64,000 nt of DNA from Candidatus Poribacteria bacterium (GTDB lineage: Bacteria > Poribacteria > WGA-4E > WGA-3G), in NCBI GenBank assembly GCA_965215265.1, contig OZ244048.1, positions 4,032,001-4,096,000 of the forward strand. The letters run 5' to 3'. The notes under the pieces are model-generated. The model was not told the origin of the DNA, made no database searches, and worked only from the letters and a program-made list of their open reading frames with translations. Position 1 is the first letter of the stretch; each line of letters opens with the position of its first letter. The position numbers and the translations under genes are program-made. Below, piece after piece: positions 48,186-58,355 of this stretch.

Positions 48186-50024
48186 CTAAAGCAATTCGTT
48201 AATTTTCCTTTCCAATTCAAAAACTTGGAAGGGTTGTCCTTGAACCTTATTACAGCCAATTGTATCTATTAAATAAGTACTCCGGATCAATTGTCGAAGC
48301 TGCCCGCTGTTTAGCTCAGGAATTAAAACCTTTCTGAACCTGCGGAGTAGCGCCCCTAAATCATTTGGAAATGGATTGAGGTGCCGGAGATGGGCATGGG
48401 CGACAGGTTCGCCGGCATCGACGCATTGTTCGACGGCACTCCGGATTGCCCCGTATGTGCTCCCCCATCCGAGGATGAGGAGTTCGCCCTCGTCAGGTCC
48501 GAAGAGTTCAGTGTGTGGGATGTCAGCGGCGATTCCAGCAACCTTCTTGGCTCTGATATTGACCATTTTTTCGTGATTCTCGGCATCATAACTGACATGC
48601 CCGGTAACATCAGATTTTTCAAGTCCTCCGATGCGGTGTTCAAATCCGGGTGTTCCGGGCTTTGCCCATGGACGTGCAAGGGTTTCGGCATCCCGGTGGT
48701 ACGGTTCAAAGCCGTTCAAAACAGCGGATGGCTCGACAAAATTGGGTTTGATGTCAGGCAATTCGGATATCTTTGGGATTTTCCAGGGCTCGGCCCCGAG
48801 GGCAATGTAGAGATCAGAGAGAAAGATGACCGGTGTTCTGTATTTCACGGCAATGCGGCATGCTTCGTAAACTGTGTCGAAACAGTCCCAGGGGCGTGCA
48901 GGCGCGACGATAGGGATAGGCGATTCCCCGTTCCGTCCATAAAACATTTGCAAGAGGTCTGACTGTTCGGTTTTTGTGGGCATCCCTGTTGAGGGCCCGG
49001 CTCTCTGGATATTGCATATAACGAGGGGGAGCTCAGCAATCATAGCCAGATTGATTGCTTCAGATTTGAGAGCGAGTCCCGGGCCGCTGCTACCTGTGAC
49101 ACCGAGTGCGCCGCTGAAGGCAGCCCCGATTGCAACCCCGACAGCGGCGATTTCATCCTCCATCTGCATCGTTACTACGCCAAAATTCCGGTATTGAGCG
49201 AGCCCATGGAGAATGTCGCTTGCAGGGGTTATCGGATAGCTACCGTAAACGAGAGATAAGCCGGACTGGTGCGAAGCAGCCACTAAGCCGAGCACCGTTG
49301 CCATGTTACCTTCAATATTCCTATAGGTACCGGGTGAAAAGACCGCGGGTTTCACTTGGTATGACGTTACAAACTGTTCAGTCGCCTCACAATAGATATT
49401 GCCTGCCCGGAGTGCGAGGATGTTCGCCTCAATATACTGCGGCTTTGTGGCGAATTTTGTCTTTATCCACTTCATCGTATATTCCATGGAGCGATTATAG
49501 AGCCACAGTATCATTCCGAGTGCGAAGAAATTCTTGCATCGGTCAATTTCGCGTGTAGAGAGCTCGGTTGTTTCAAGCGCTTTACGAGTCAGTGCTGTTA
49601 GATCTACAGGGAAGACCTGATATTTTGTAAGGGAGTCATCTTTGAGCGGGTCGCTCTCATATCCGGCGAGTCGCAAATTTCGCCGTGCGAAATTATCGGA
49701 ATTGACGATAAGAATCCCGTTAGGTTTGAGTTTATCTAGGTGAACTTTTAAGGCGGCGGGATTCATTGCGACGAGCACGTCACAGTAATCCCCGGGTGTG
49801 TGAATCTGCTGGCTTGAGAAGTGGAGTTGAAAGCCGGAAACCCCTGCTAATGAGCCTGCGGGCGCTCGGATTTCTGCGGGGTAATCAGGCAAAGTTGCGA
49901 CATCGTTGCCAATCAGGGCAGTCGTCTCAGTCATTTGAGTGCCAATTGTCTGCGACCCGTCGCCGGAGTCCCCGGCAAACAGGAGAGTCGCTTCCTCAAT
50001 TTGCGATACTGGCTTACGCATCAC
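48186..50024 (-). CDS. korA: 2-oxoacid:ferredoxin oxidoreductase alpha subunit
   Basis: AGDSGDG, YPAEIRAP, YPITPAS, EDEIAA and RAGPSTGMPTK motifs. Confidence 0.93.
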   Translation of the reverse strand: MMRKPVSQIEEATLLFAGDSGDGSQTIGTQMTETTALIGNDVATLPDYPAEIRAPAGSLAGVSGFQLHFSSQQIHTPGDYCDVLVAMNPAALKVHLDKLKPNGILIVNSDNFARRNLRLAGYESDPLKDDSLTKYQVFPVDLTALTRKALETTELSTREIDRCKNFFALGMILWLYNRSMEYTMKWIKTKFATKPQYIEANILALRAGNIYCEATEQFVTSYQVKPAVFSPGTYRNIEGNMATVLGLVAASHQSGLSLVYGSYPITPASDILHGLAQYRNFGVVTMQMEDEIAAVGVAIGAAFSGALGVTGSSGPGLALKSEAINLAMIAELPLVICNIQRAGPSTGMPTKTEQSDLLQMFYGRNGESPIPIVAPARPWDCFDTVYEACRIAVKYRTPVIFLSDLYIALGAEPWKIPKISELPDIKPNFVEPSAVLNGFEPYHRDAETLARPWAKPGTPGFEHRIGGLEKSDVTGHVSYDAENHEKMVNIRAKKVAGIAADIPHTELFGPDEGELLILGWGSTYGAIRSAVEQCVDAGEPVAHAHLRHLNPFPNDLGALLRRFRKVLIPELNSGQLRQLIRSTYLIDTIGCNKVQGQPFQVFELERKINELL

Positions 50025-50064
50025 AATCGGTTCCTTCCGTAGAACGGGGATAAAATTATATAGA

Positions 50065-50601
50065 TTAAGCCCCCTCGCGGGCTTTCATTGCATCTCGAAT
50101 AGGTGTCGGCGGTAACGTTAGGACTTCCTGCGGAAAACTCTCAACGAGATGTGAAATGACATCACGAATGGAAACCATGCCGATGGGCTGGTTGTGTTCA
50201 TTGATAATAGGCAGATGTCGGTATCCGCCGCGCGCCATATAGAGGATTGCAGTATCCAGCGAATCCTCTTCGCGTGCGGTTTGTGGCTGGGCTATCATGA
50301 ACTGCTCAACGCCGATTTCCTCAAGACTTCCAACGGTTTTGTTGAATATTTTACGGAGCACGTCTCGTTCGCTAAAAATTCCACAGAGCTGATTATTCGC
50401 ATCGACAATAGGGGCTGCGCCAATCTTATGATGTAGCAGTAAGTCTATCGCGTTCTGGGTGCTGCTGTGGAGTTCAATTGTGATAGGCGGGCGCATGAGT
50501 GCCCGGAGCGGTATTTGGATTTCCAGCGCGTTCCATGCCCGGAGTGCTGCGTCCTGCTCCATCTGTTCTAATTCTTCATCAATTGCTAAGTCGTACAGCA
50601 T
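50065..50601 (-). CDS. CBS domain protein
   Basis: GIFSERD, GGYRHLP and GMVSIRD motifs. Confidence 0.85.
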   Translation of the reverse strand: MLYDLAIDEELEQMEQDAALRAWNALEIQIPLRALMRPPITIELHSSTQNAIDLLLHHKIGAAPIVDANNQLCGIFSERDVLRKIFNKTVGSLEEIGVEQFMIAQPQTAREEDSLDTAILYMARGGYRHLPIINEHNQPIGMVSIRDVISHLVESFPQEVLTLPPTPIRDAMKAREGA

Positions 50602-50603
50602 GG

Positions 50604-51041
50604 CTACGTCTCCGCCCCCTGATTCTGAATAAAAATTGCGACATGGTTTAGAATATCGTGCGTTGAAATTAAACCGACTGGATAGGCATCGCCCTGGTCA
50701 TCCCAGACGCAGAGCGGTACGTGCCGAAAATGCCCGAGGTGCATTAGATTTAAGGCGAACGCGATGGAATCACTCGCACGCAGGACTTCGGGTGAATCTG
50801 TCATCACCGTTTCAACGAGGGTTTCCTCAGGCGCTAACTGCCGCCCGATAACGTGAAAAAGCAGATCGCGCTCCGTGATAATGCCAATCAGACGTTGGGA
50901 CTCGTCAACGACGAGAACACACCCAAACCCACCCCCCTGCATTGCGGTTATGACTTCTGAAACAGGAGAGCCAATTTGCACAGTGGTAGGTTGGTTATAA
51001 TTGATTGTGCTAATCGGTAGAGACAACATCCTCGCGTCCAT
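50604..51041 (-). CDS. CBS domain protein
   Basis: GIITERD, GHFRHVP and GLIS motifs. Confidence 0.85.
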   Translation of the reverse strand: MDARMLSLPISTINYNQPTTVQIGSPVSEVITAMQGGGFGCVLVVDESQRLIGIITERDLLFHVIGRQLAPEETLVETVMTDSPEVLRASDSIAFALNLMHLGHFRHVPLCVWDDQGDAYPVGLISTHDILNHVAIFIQNQGAET

Positions 51042-51405
51042 CGCTAGACTTCCTTAAATATAACGTTTAAAAACAGTGGAGAGTTTCTTATAACTTCATT
51101 TTTAAGTATACCACAATTTCGGTGAGTTTGCAAGGAAAATGTAAAATTAACCTGAATTTGATATAACCGAAGCGAGTTTGCTAGCAACAAGTGCTGTTGG
51201 ATATGCTCATTTTCGTGAAAACCGTTTCGAAACGCGTCCACCCGTGCCAGCAAAACCGTCTCAACTTTGAGGTGAATTGGGTGTGGCGTGAGGGAAAGCA
51301 ACCTGCGCTAACTGCGAGACACAAGAGGCGTTTACGCCTATGCAAAATCTTGTTAACCCGTAGCTGCTTGCGTCAGAGGGACGTTGAATTTCGCTAAGGT
51401 CACCG

Positions 51406-52347
51406 TTACAAAACCAAGGTGGGGGCACGCGAGGTTGGAGAGCCCCAGCCGGGCACGACGATAGTCCATCGTCCAGCAGGTCCGCCTGCTACCAAAATCA
51501 ACAGTTCTTCAGGGTTGTACTGCTGTGTCTGTTCAGAAATATAACGTTGTATGTCTGTTCTGCTAAAACCGTCGTCAGAGATTGTCCGTGCGTGTTCAAT
51601 GCCGACTACTAATAAGGTTTCGCCGCCACTGTTGCCGGGTGCTGTCAGGTTATGAGAGATAATGTTGAGGATCCCTTCTGCTGTGTTGCTAGCGTGGTCA
51701 TTGACGCTTTGCGGGCCGGCACCTGCAAAGACGGTCACGGTGCTTTCGGCTGCTGAGAAGCCCCGTTCTACGTGAAAGGGGGGCCACGGACTTTCAGCTT
51801 CATTTTCAGCAATACAGCATGTATATTTTCCAGGGTGCCCGAAAGCAGCACGGTCCAGTTCGCCGGGCAATGCCCCGCCGATATTGGTACAGACGAGTCT
51901 CACAGCACGTCCAATGGTAGCGTTTGCTCGCCAACCTTGTCCGAAGAGATTAAAACCGCTGTTAATTTCTAACCGTTCCCGGATCGGCCCATTAATAACA
52001 AGCATCGGTGCGACATGTGAGGTGGTAACCTGAACGCCATGGAGATTAAACTGTTCAGTGCACATGGCTTCTACAGTTTTGAGGACAATTGGTAAATATT
52101 GGGGGCGACATCCAGCCATCACAGCGTTAATCGCCACTTTTTCAACGGTAGCTCTTCCCCACTTCGGTGGTATAGCAGCTATGAGTTCATCAGGGTTCCG
52201 GTGCGTGCCGCCGAGCATTCGTGCAACGCGCGCCGGTGTGGGCGGGACAACAGGGAGCCCATCTGTCCAACCGTTTTGATAACAGAACTCAATCGCATCT
52301 TCGGTTTCATTAATGTCTACGTGTGTAGATTGCCATTGATATGTCAT
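51406..52347 (-). CDS. Conserved GWTDGLPVVPPT-family protein (usually associated with UGSC-family seleno/thiol proteins)
   Basis: GWTDGLPVVPPT, TVEKVAINAVMAGC, RANATIGRA and GHPGKY motifs. Confidence 0.7.
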   Translation of the reverse strand: MTYQWQSTHVDINETEDAIEFCYQNGWTDGLPVVPPTPARVARMLGGTHRNPDELIAAIPPKWGRATVEKVAINAVMAGCRPQYLPIVLKTVEAMCTEQFNLHGVQVTTSHVAPMLVINGPIRERLEINSGFNLFGQGWRANATIGRAVRLVCTNIGGALPGELDRAAFGHPGKYTCCIAENEAESPWPPFHVERGFSAAESTVTVFAGAGPQSVNDHASNTAEGILNIISHNLTAPGNSGGETLLVVGIEHARTISDDGFSRTDIQRYISEQTQQYNPEELLILVAGGPAGRWTIVVPGWGSPTSRAPTLVL

Positions 52348-52440
52348 ACGGGTTCCTTAGGGTATTCGTCTTATGTCTGCTTGTACGAAAAAAAATCCGC
52401 GTTTAGTAGACGTACTGTTCTTCAACATTGGGTTTCCATT

Positions 52441-53238
52441 TTATCCGACGGACATTCCCATGCGTCCGCCATCGACGTGGAGGGTTTGCCCTGTGATGTA
52501 AGATGCATCGTCGCTGAGGAGAAAGGCGATGACGGCGGCGACCTCTTCTGGTCTGGCGCGACGTTTCATGATGCATGAATTAATTGCGCTCTCCTCCAAT
52601 TCCTTCTTTCGTGCGGCGGGGTTAGGTGCATTGCCGAAGTGCATTTCGGTAACTATCCAGCCCGGTGCGACTGCATTGACGCGGATGCCGTAGTCAACGA
52701 ATTCGGCTGCCATGGTCTTAGTGAGTGACACCACTCCAGCTTTAATGGCATCGTATACCCACTGGCCGGGTCTGCCGAGGAAACCGCCTTCTGACGAGAT
52801 ATTGACGATAGCCCCGCCGTCCTGTTTTAAGAATGGCAAAAGAATTTGTGTTATGAGTGCCCATCCTCGGAGGCCGATGGCGGTTTCGGGTTCCCAATTT
52901 TCAATCCATTTTCCCTCTTCAATTTTACCGGTTCTCAAGATTGCGGCGTTGTTAACCAGCATGTGTAGTGCAGTCACCTGTTCGGCGGTGGCGCGTCCTA
53001 CAGTTCTGACAGCCTCATCGTCGGCGAGGTTTACTTCCAAGTAAGTCGCTTTGCCGCCAGCATCCTCAATTTTAGAGACTGTCTCACGTGCGAGTGGGGC
53101 GTTATTGTCTACGATGATGACCCGTGCGCCTTCAGCGGCTAAACGGCTTGCGGTTGCTCGCCCGATGCCGGAGGCACCGCCGGTGACCAAGGCATTCTGA
53201 TTCTTAAAGCGCGTCATAGCCGAGGGGTTTGTGGGCAT
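52441..53238 (-). CDS. SDR family oxidoreductase
   Basis: TGGASGIG, NNA, YDAIK and VNAVAPG motifs. Confidence 0.92.
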   Translation of the reverse strand: MPTNPSAMTRFKNQNALVTGGASGIGRATASRLAAEGARVIIVDNNAPLARETVSKIEDAGGKATYLEVNLADDEAVRTVGRATAEQVTALHMLVNNAAILRTGKIEEGKWIENWEPETAIGLRGWALITQILLPFLKQDGGAIVNISSEGGFLGRPGQWVYDAIKAGVVSLTKTMAAEFVDYGIRVNAVAPGWIVTEMHFGNAPNPAARKKELEESAINSCIMKRRARPEEVAAVIAFLLSDDASYITGQTLHVDGGRMGMSVG

Positions 53239-53508
53239 TCTCTGTGTCTCCTTTCGCTTGTAGTGTCGGTGTGCATCTTTTCCTTAGTTTTCCTCAAAAC
53301 TGATTTCTTCACGCATTTTTCATTATACTGCAACCTCCAAAATTTTCGCAACATTTTTCGAGGCATCAGAATCGTTTTTTTTTGTTGTGTAATTCACGCG
53401 CTTCTGCTAATATATCCAAGGAGTGGTGAAACGGTGGTTTCGTCTGTGTTGTGTAGGAAAAAAACGTAGCATCATACGACAAACTAGATAGCCGTATTGA
53501 GAGGAGAT

Positions 53509-54471
53509 ATGACATCTGTTACATTTCAAGGCATTGTTTTAGCAAGGAGCATTGTAGGAAATTTTTTAAAACCGACTCCTTTAATCCATTATCCGGAATT
53601 ATCGAAGCGACTTGGCTTTGAGGCGTATATCAAACACGAAAACCATCTGCCGACCGGTTGTTTTAAGGTGCGAGGTGGCTTGAATTTTATGCATCTCTTA
53701 CCTACAGTACAACGTAAATTAGGCGTTGTTACTGCGACGCGTGGGAACCATGGGCAGTCCATTGCTTACGCAGGCAGGCAGTTCGGTGTCAAAACCACTG
53801 TCGTTGTACCGCACGGTAACAATCCCGAAAAAAACAGTGCGATGCATGCTTATGGTGCTGAGCTCATTGAACACGGTGCGGATTTTGACGAGGCCCGCGA
53901 GTATTGTGAGACACTTCAAGCGGAGCGGGGGCTCTATTATGTGCATCCATGTTTGGAACCGGCGCTCTTCCACGGTGTCGGTACCTATTCAGTAGAGATT
54001 TTTGAAAGTCTGCCGGATGTAGATGCGATTATCGTCCCTATTGGTGGTGGGAGCGGTTGCTGTGGGGCAATCACCGTCGCCAAGGCGATTAATCCGAATG
54101 CTGCTATTATCGGCGTTCAAGCCGAAAATGCCCCGGCTATCTACCGCTCGTGGAAGGTAGGGCGGCATATAGAAACCGATTCGTGCAATACGGTAGCAGA
54201 TGGGCTTGCAACGCGCGTGCCGTTTACGCTACCTTTTTCAATTATTAAGGATGGCGTTAGCGACATTGTTTTGCTCAGTGAGACAGAAATTCTCGAAGGC
54301 ATCCGAGCGGCCCTCCGATGGACACATAACTTGGCAGAAGGTGCCGGTGCTGCGGCGATAGCGGCTGCCCATAAACTTACGCAGCGGCTTGCCGGCAAAA
54401 ACGTCGTTATGGTGATGAGTGGTGGCAATTTAGATACTGACACGCTGACTTCAGTCTTAGCCGGTGCCTAA
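53509..54471 (+). CDS. PLP-dependent threonine/serine dehydratase family protein
   Basis: KHENHLPTGCFKVRG, GNHGQ, PIGGGSG and SGGN motifs; GAGGAG SD. Confidence 0.88.
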   Translation: MTSVTFQGIVLARSIVGNFLKPTPLIHYPELSKRLGFEAYIKHENHLPTGCFKVRGGLNFMHLLPTVQRKLGVVTATRGNHGQSIAYAGRQFGVKTTVVVPHGNNPEKNSAMHAYGAELIEHGADFDEAREYCETLQAERGLYYVHPCLEPALFHGVGTYSVEIFESLPDVDAIIVPIGGGSGCCGAITVAKAINPNAAIIGVQAENAPAIYRSWKVGRHIETDSCNTVADGLATRVPFTLPFSIIKDGVSDIVLLSETEILEGIRAALRWTHNLAEGAGAAAIAAAHKLTQRLAGKNVVMVMSGGNLDTDTLTSVLAGA

Positions 54472-55215
54472 ATCATACCAATTGTGAACAACATAAACCG
54501 GGGCGGACCCATCCGCCAATTGAAGCGATGCCCATTCCGCGTCTTCGACGAATTCATTGCGGAGGGTGTTGGTTTGTGCAGGGTGAACGTGCATGGATGC
54601 AAGATTCCAGCGCAAGTTTTCGCTGTTTTCCACGACGACGTTCGGTTCTTCTGCAATCAAGGAGACGCGTTGCAATCCGTTGTTTTTCCGTCTGAGCCGC
54701 AATTTGGAGACTACATAATGAATGCTTTGTTGGGCATCACGCATTTCCGCTCTGTATGGTTTTTCTTTGTGGCGTGCCAGTTTTCCGGATAGGCTCAGTC
54801 TATATGCACCAAAGCGCATCAACTTCAGATTTCCCAGGAATTGGTCTGTCTCATAGTGCTCGGGCCGCGGCAAGCCTCCGTAAATGATAATATGCCGGCA
54901 ATCGTATTGGTCCAAGGCATAGGAGACAGCCAATTGCCCGTCGGTATAATCCTTATCTATTTGTCCTATCCATTTTTGGACGATATGTTTAGCAATATCG
55001 GTTCTCAATTCTCCCACCGAATCCATATCGCCGATGAGTACATCGGGTGTGAGTTGGGTGCTGTTCCTCTGATTTAATTGGTGAAATATGCACAAACCGC
55101 CGTCGGCACAAATGAGAGGCGTGTCATTCGCCAGGGCTGCTTCAATCTCTTGACGATAAAAATTGAGATATCGCGTGTCATAATAGCCGTTGAGAAAAAT
55201 TAGGGCTGGCTTCAT
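54457..55215 (-). CDS. thiN: Thiamine pyrophosphokinase-like protein
   Basis: ICADGG, IGDMDS and KDYTD motifs. Confidence 0.75.
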   Translation of the reverse strand: MKPALIFLNGYYDTRYLNFYRQEIEAALANDTPLICADGGLCIFHQLNQRNSTQLTPDVLIGDMDSVGELRTDIAKHIVQKWIGQIDKDYTDGQLAVSYALDQYDCRHIIIYGGLPRPEHYETDQFLGNLKLMRFGAYRLSLSGKLARHKEKPYRAEMRDAQQSIHYVVSKLRLRRKNNGLQRVSLIAEEPNVVVENSENLRWNLASMHVHPAQTNTLRNEFVEDAEWASLQLADGSAPVYVVHNWYDLGTG

Positions 55216-55248
55216 GTCTAAATGAGCTCGCTTTTCCTGTAACCGTTC

Positions 55249-56259
55249 TTACGCAATCAGTTCTGATTCGGTTCCTGGAATAGAGACGTTATAGGATGGA
55301 ATCAATCGCCCTGGATGATAAGAAAGTTTGACGCGCTTCAGATTTTCTAACCCGGCATCCCCCATTGCGTTAATCCACTTTGGCGTAAAAGTGCGCAAGC
55401 ACAGATGGTTTTCATAGATTCCTGTCTGCAAACATCGCGTGAACTCGCGATATAGAAACTGCGCGAGCCCTTTTACCTTCAGATCGGTTATCTCAAACAT
55501 GACACAGAATATATCTTGGGTAAGCGGATATCCGAAAGTATAACCTTTGAGCTGCCCATCGATGTAGACAACGTTGCCCCTAAGTCCCAAAGAGTTCGCG
55601 TGTGTTATACCGATTCGGTGGGCACAGCGAGAGTCCTGAAGCATCGCTTGATAGATTGCATCATCGTATTGCTTGGCTCGCTCCGAGTACCAGGTGTCAT
55701 ATAACGCCAAACACTCACCGAGGTCAGCGGGACAGTAGGATTTGAGGATGGTTGATGGATAGTTTGCAACAAAAACGTTGTAGGCGTGCCGCTGACTCTT
55801 GTAACGATTTCCCTTTAGCTGCGCAAGTGCTTCAGTGTGATAAAGGTATTCTGTCTCTTTCAAACTGGCATGAAAGCGTTTATTTCGATGCGTTTCTGCT
55901 CCGGTATCCGTTTTAATCCGTAAAACGGCGAGCATCTCATGTGGCACATTTTCTATTCGAGCGATGTGTGGGTTACGATTTGTTTCAAGCATAAACTGAT
56001 ACACTTCATGAACAAGGTTCCGGTAGGCGGAATCTCCGACAACGTTCTCTTTAGAGAGCGGCAGCAGCGGCATGAAATAGTCATCGTTCTGCTTCGCAAA
56101 GACACAGAGGTAGTTATGCAGCAGCGTCCAATAAAATTCAAAATGCTCACGCCAGATGTAGAGTGCTGCGAACGCATAACCGGAGAGCCCGATTTCCATG
56201 TGCCGTGTGTATTCATCAAAGAGCGGCTTGTTAGCGAGCGTGAGTGGGCGAAGTTGCAT
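55249..56259 (-). CDS. DUF2156 (aminoacyl-tRNA-dependent transferase-like, GNAT fold) protein
   Basis: EYLY....L..LKG..Y...R, GLAQFLY and IN..GDAGLENLKRVKLSYHP motifs. Confidence 0.8.
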   Translation of the reverse strand: MQLRPLTLANKPLFDEYTRHMEIGLSGYAFAALYIWREHFEFYWTLLHNYLCVFAKQNDDYFMPLLPLSKENVVGDSAYRNLVHEVYQFMLETNRNPHIARIENVPHEMLAVLRIKTDTGAETHRNKRFHASLKETEYLYHTEALAQLKGNRYKSQRHAYNVFVANYPSTILKSYCPADLGECLALYDTWYSERAKQYDDAIYQAMLQDSRCAHRIGITHANSLGLRGNVVYIDGQLKGYTFGYPLTQDIFCVMFEITDLKVKGLAQFLYREFTRCLQTGIYENHLCLRTFTPKWINAMGDAGLENLKRVKLSYHPGRLIPSYNVSIPGTESELIA

Positions 56260-56815
56260 CTGTTTTCAGTTCATTGTGTGCTTTAACGTTCTGTAAAACG
56301 TGGACGATTTCCACCGTCGCTTGATAGTCTCCGATGAGGCTCCAATTGGAAGAAATCTGTTCTGCAACTGTTTCGGATTCGACGTAATCGATGACGTGTT
56401 CTATATGTCGCTGAAAGCCTGCAGTTGACAGATGTGTTTCTCCAAACGGGCAAAGGGTGTCTACCCCCAGCAGCACTTTGGTTTTGTCTTTGTTAAACAT
56501 CAGAGCAAAGGGGTAGAGTCGACAATCAAGTGGGCGAATGGCATAGATGGTGCAGCGGCCGGTCTGTGGCTGAAAGAAAGGGCAGATGTAGAAGTCTTTG
56601 TAAGCTTTTAACCGGATCTGCGTACTTTTTCCATCCAGCTGCGGACAAAATTGTGTAGACTCGGCTCCGTATGATAAAACAGTCTCCGTCTCTAATGCCG
56701 TAAAAATCGGGGCGAGTGGACTGTCCACCTCTAAAAACCGGCAACAGACATCGCACGAAAAGCAGACTTCGTTGGGAATGATTTGGATGAGTTGTTTGTC
56801 TGAGTTGTTAGCCAT
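56231..56815 (-). CDS. YkgJ family CxxCxxCC cysteine-cluster protein
   Basis: CFSCDVCC, CPFF and CTIYAIRPLDCRLYPF motifs. Confidence 0.85.
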   Translation of the reverse strand: MANNSDKQLIQIIPNEVCFSCDVCCRFLEVDSPLAPIFTALETETVLSYGAESTQFCPQLDGKSTQIRLKAYKDFYICPFFQPQTGRCTIYAIRPLDCRLYPFALMFNKDKTKVLLGVDTLCPFGETHLSTAGFQRHIEHVIDYVESETVAEQISSNWSLIGDYQATVEIVHVLQNVKAHNELKTDATSPTHAR

Positions 56816-57155
56816 CGATTTTCAGTGCGTTTCGCTCCGTTTTGACGTACGGAACCCGGTAAGTTTGCTATTTTAAACCCAGCGGCTGCAGAAATACGTT
56901 CTGTATCCTCATTTTTTCGCAGAGCCGATAAAGGCGTTTTTTTTCTTCCCTTGGTCCGCGGCACTGATTAAAACTGCTGCGTATTCTGCTTTTCTAGTGT
57001 AGTATCTCTTGCGATTTTATTTTATCAAAGATTGACAAAATTCGGAATTAAAAAGCCGCCCAAACGGTTTTGAGAGGCGCGAATCAGTGATTTGTGATAT
57101 AGATGCATCGCCTCTTATTTTGACGTGAGCACCTCCTCGCGGTTGGCGTTGACGT

Positions 57156-58304
57156 TCATGCCCCAAAAAAATTGCCTATAGCTGCAATGACGGTATAGAC
57201 ATCTGCTTCAGTTAGCCCTGGATGAAGTGGTAGGCTGATAACGCGTTGGAAAGCTGCTTCGGCATTGGGGAAATCGCCTTCGGCGTATCCGTACTGCTTC
57301 TGATAAAACTGGAAGAGGTGCAGCGGTATATAGTGAACGCTACATTCGATGTTTTGCTCTCGGAGTGCATTGATGAATGCGTCTCGGTTTCCGTTCTGGA
57401 TGTGGATGATGTAGAGGTGCCATGCGTGCATGCCGGTTTTTGGGGGCGGTGCAGGGGGTGTCCTAATTTCAGGAATTTTCGCGAGTTCAGTTTGGTAGAT
57501 GTTAGCATATTGCTGCCGGTATTCGTGCTGTTTATTAAGTTTGAGGAGTTGACATAAACCGAGCGCGGCTTGAATATCTGTCATGTTGTATTTGTAGCCC
57601 TCGCTTGTAATATCGTAGCTCCAAATACTGCGTTGAAATTGGCGGCTCCAGGCATCTCTATCAATACCGTGCAGCCGCATTGTGCGTAGCGGTGCGGCAA
57701 GTGCATCGCTATTGGTGGTAATCATCCCGCCTTCTGCGGTGGTGAGATTTTTGTTTGCATAGAAACTAAAAGCCGAGACATCTGCTAGTGTGCCGATGTA
57801 ATGTCCTCTGTATTTTGCAGGAATTGCGTGTGCGGCATCATCGATGAGAATGAGATTGTAGCGTTCGCAGATGTCGCGGAGTGCATCCATCTCACAAGGA
57901 TAGCCGGCGATGTGTACGGGCAGGATGGCTTTCGTGCGCGGGGTAATTGCTTCTTCAATATTGGCAGTGTCAATGTTCAAAGTCTGCTCGTTCACATCAA
58001 CAAAAACAGGTTTCGCGCCTACATATCGGATAGCTTCCGCTGTGGCTGTGAAGGTGTATGGAGTGGTGATGACTTCATCCCCGCTGCCGACTTCGGTGGC
58101 AACCAGGCTGAGGTGCAAAGCAGCAGTACAGGAGCTCACGGCGATGGCATGCTTCACGCCGATATATTCTGCAAACGCGCTTTCAAATTCGCGCACCTTT
58201 GCACCGGTGCTAATCCATTTGGAGGCGAGTACCTCACTCACTGCTTCAATTTCAGTCTCATCAATCCACGGACGACTGAACGGAATGAAACGGTTTTGTG
58301 ACAT
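57156..58304 (-). CDS. DegT/DnrJ/EryC1/StrS family PLP sugar aminotransferase
   Basis: SSCTAALH, DAAHA, FSFYANKNLTTAEGG and SLPLHP motifs. Confidence 0.93.
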   Translation of the reverse strand: MSQNRFIPFSRPWIDETEIEAVSEVLASKWISTGAKVREFESAFAEYIGVKHAIAVSSCTAALHLSLVATEVGSGDEVITTPYTFTATAEAIRYVGAKPVFVDVNEQTLNIDTANIEEAITPRTKAILPVHIAGYPCEMDALRDICERYNLILIDDAAHAIPAKYRGHYIGTLADVSAFSFYANKNLTTAEGGMITTNSDALAAPLRTMRLHGIDRDAWSRQFQRSIWSYDITSEGYKYNMTDIQAALGLCQLLKLNKQHEYRQQYANIYQTELAKIPEIRTPPAPPPKTGMHAWHLYIIHIQNGNRDAFINALREQNIECSVHYIPLHLFQFYQKQYGYAEGDFPNAEAAFQRVISLPLHPGLTEADVYTVIAAIGNFFGA

Positions 58305-58313
58305 ATAAGATTT

Positions 58314-58341
58314 CCTTTACCTTTACCTTTACCTTTACCTT
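58314..58341. repeat. Hexanucleotide tandem repeat (CCTTTA)4+CCTT
   Basis: Read directly; TAAAGG on the minus strand, 10 bp upstream of ATG 58304. Confidence 0.9.
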
Positions 58342-58355
58342 CGGAGACATCACTA

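Noticed and set aside
51044-51397. Small ORFs on both strands, or an ncRNA
   Set aside because: No recognisable motif, SD or RNA family by eye
52351-52395. Further family 1 copy (TTCCTTAGG...GTACGAAAAAAAA)
   Set aside because: Only short motif echoes, with no inner motif or correct spacing; the solo CTGTATACAAA at 58868 was rejected for the same reason
56731-56964. 77-aa ORF upstream of ykgJ
   Set aside because: Overlaps ykgJ out of frame and has no recognisable domain
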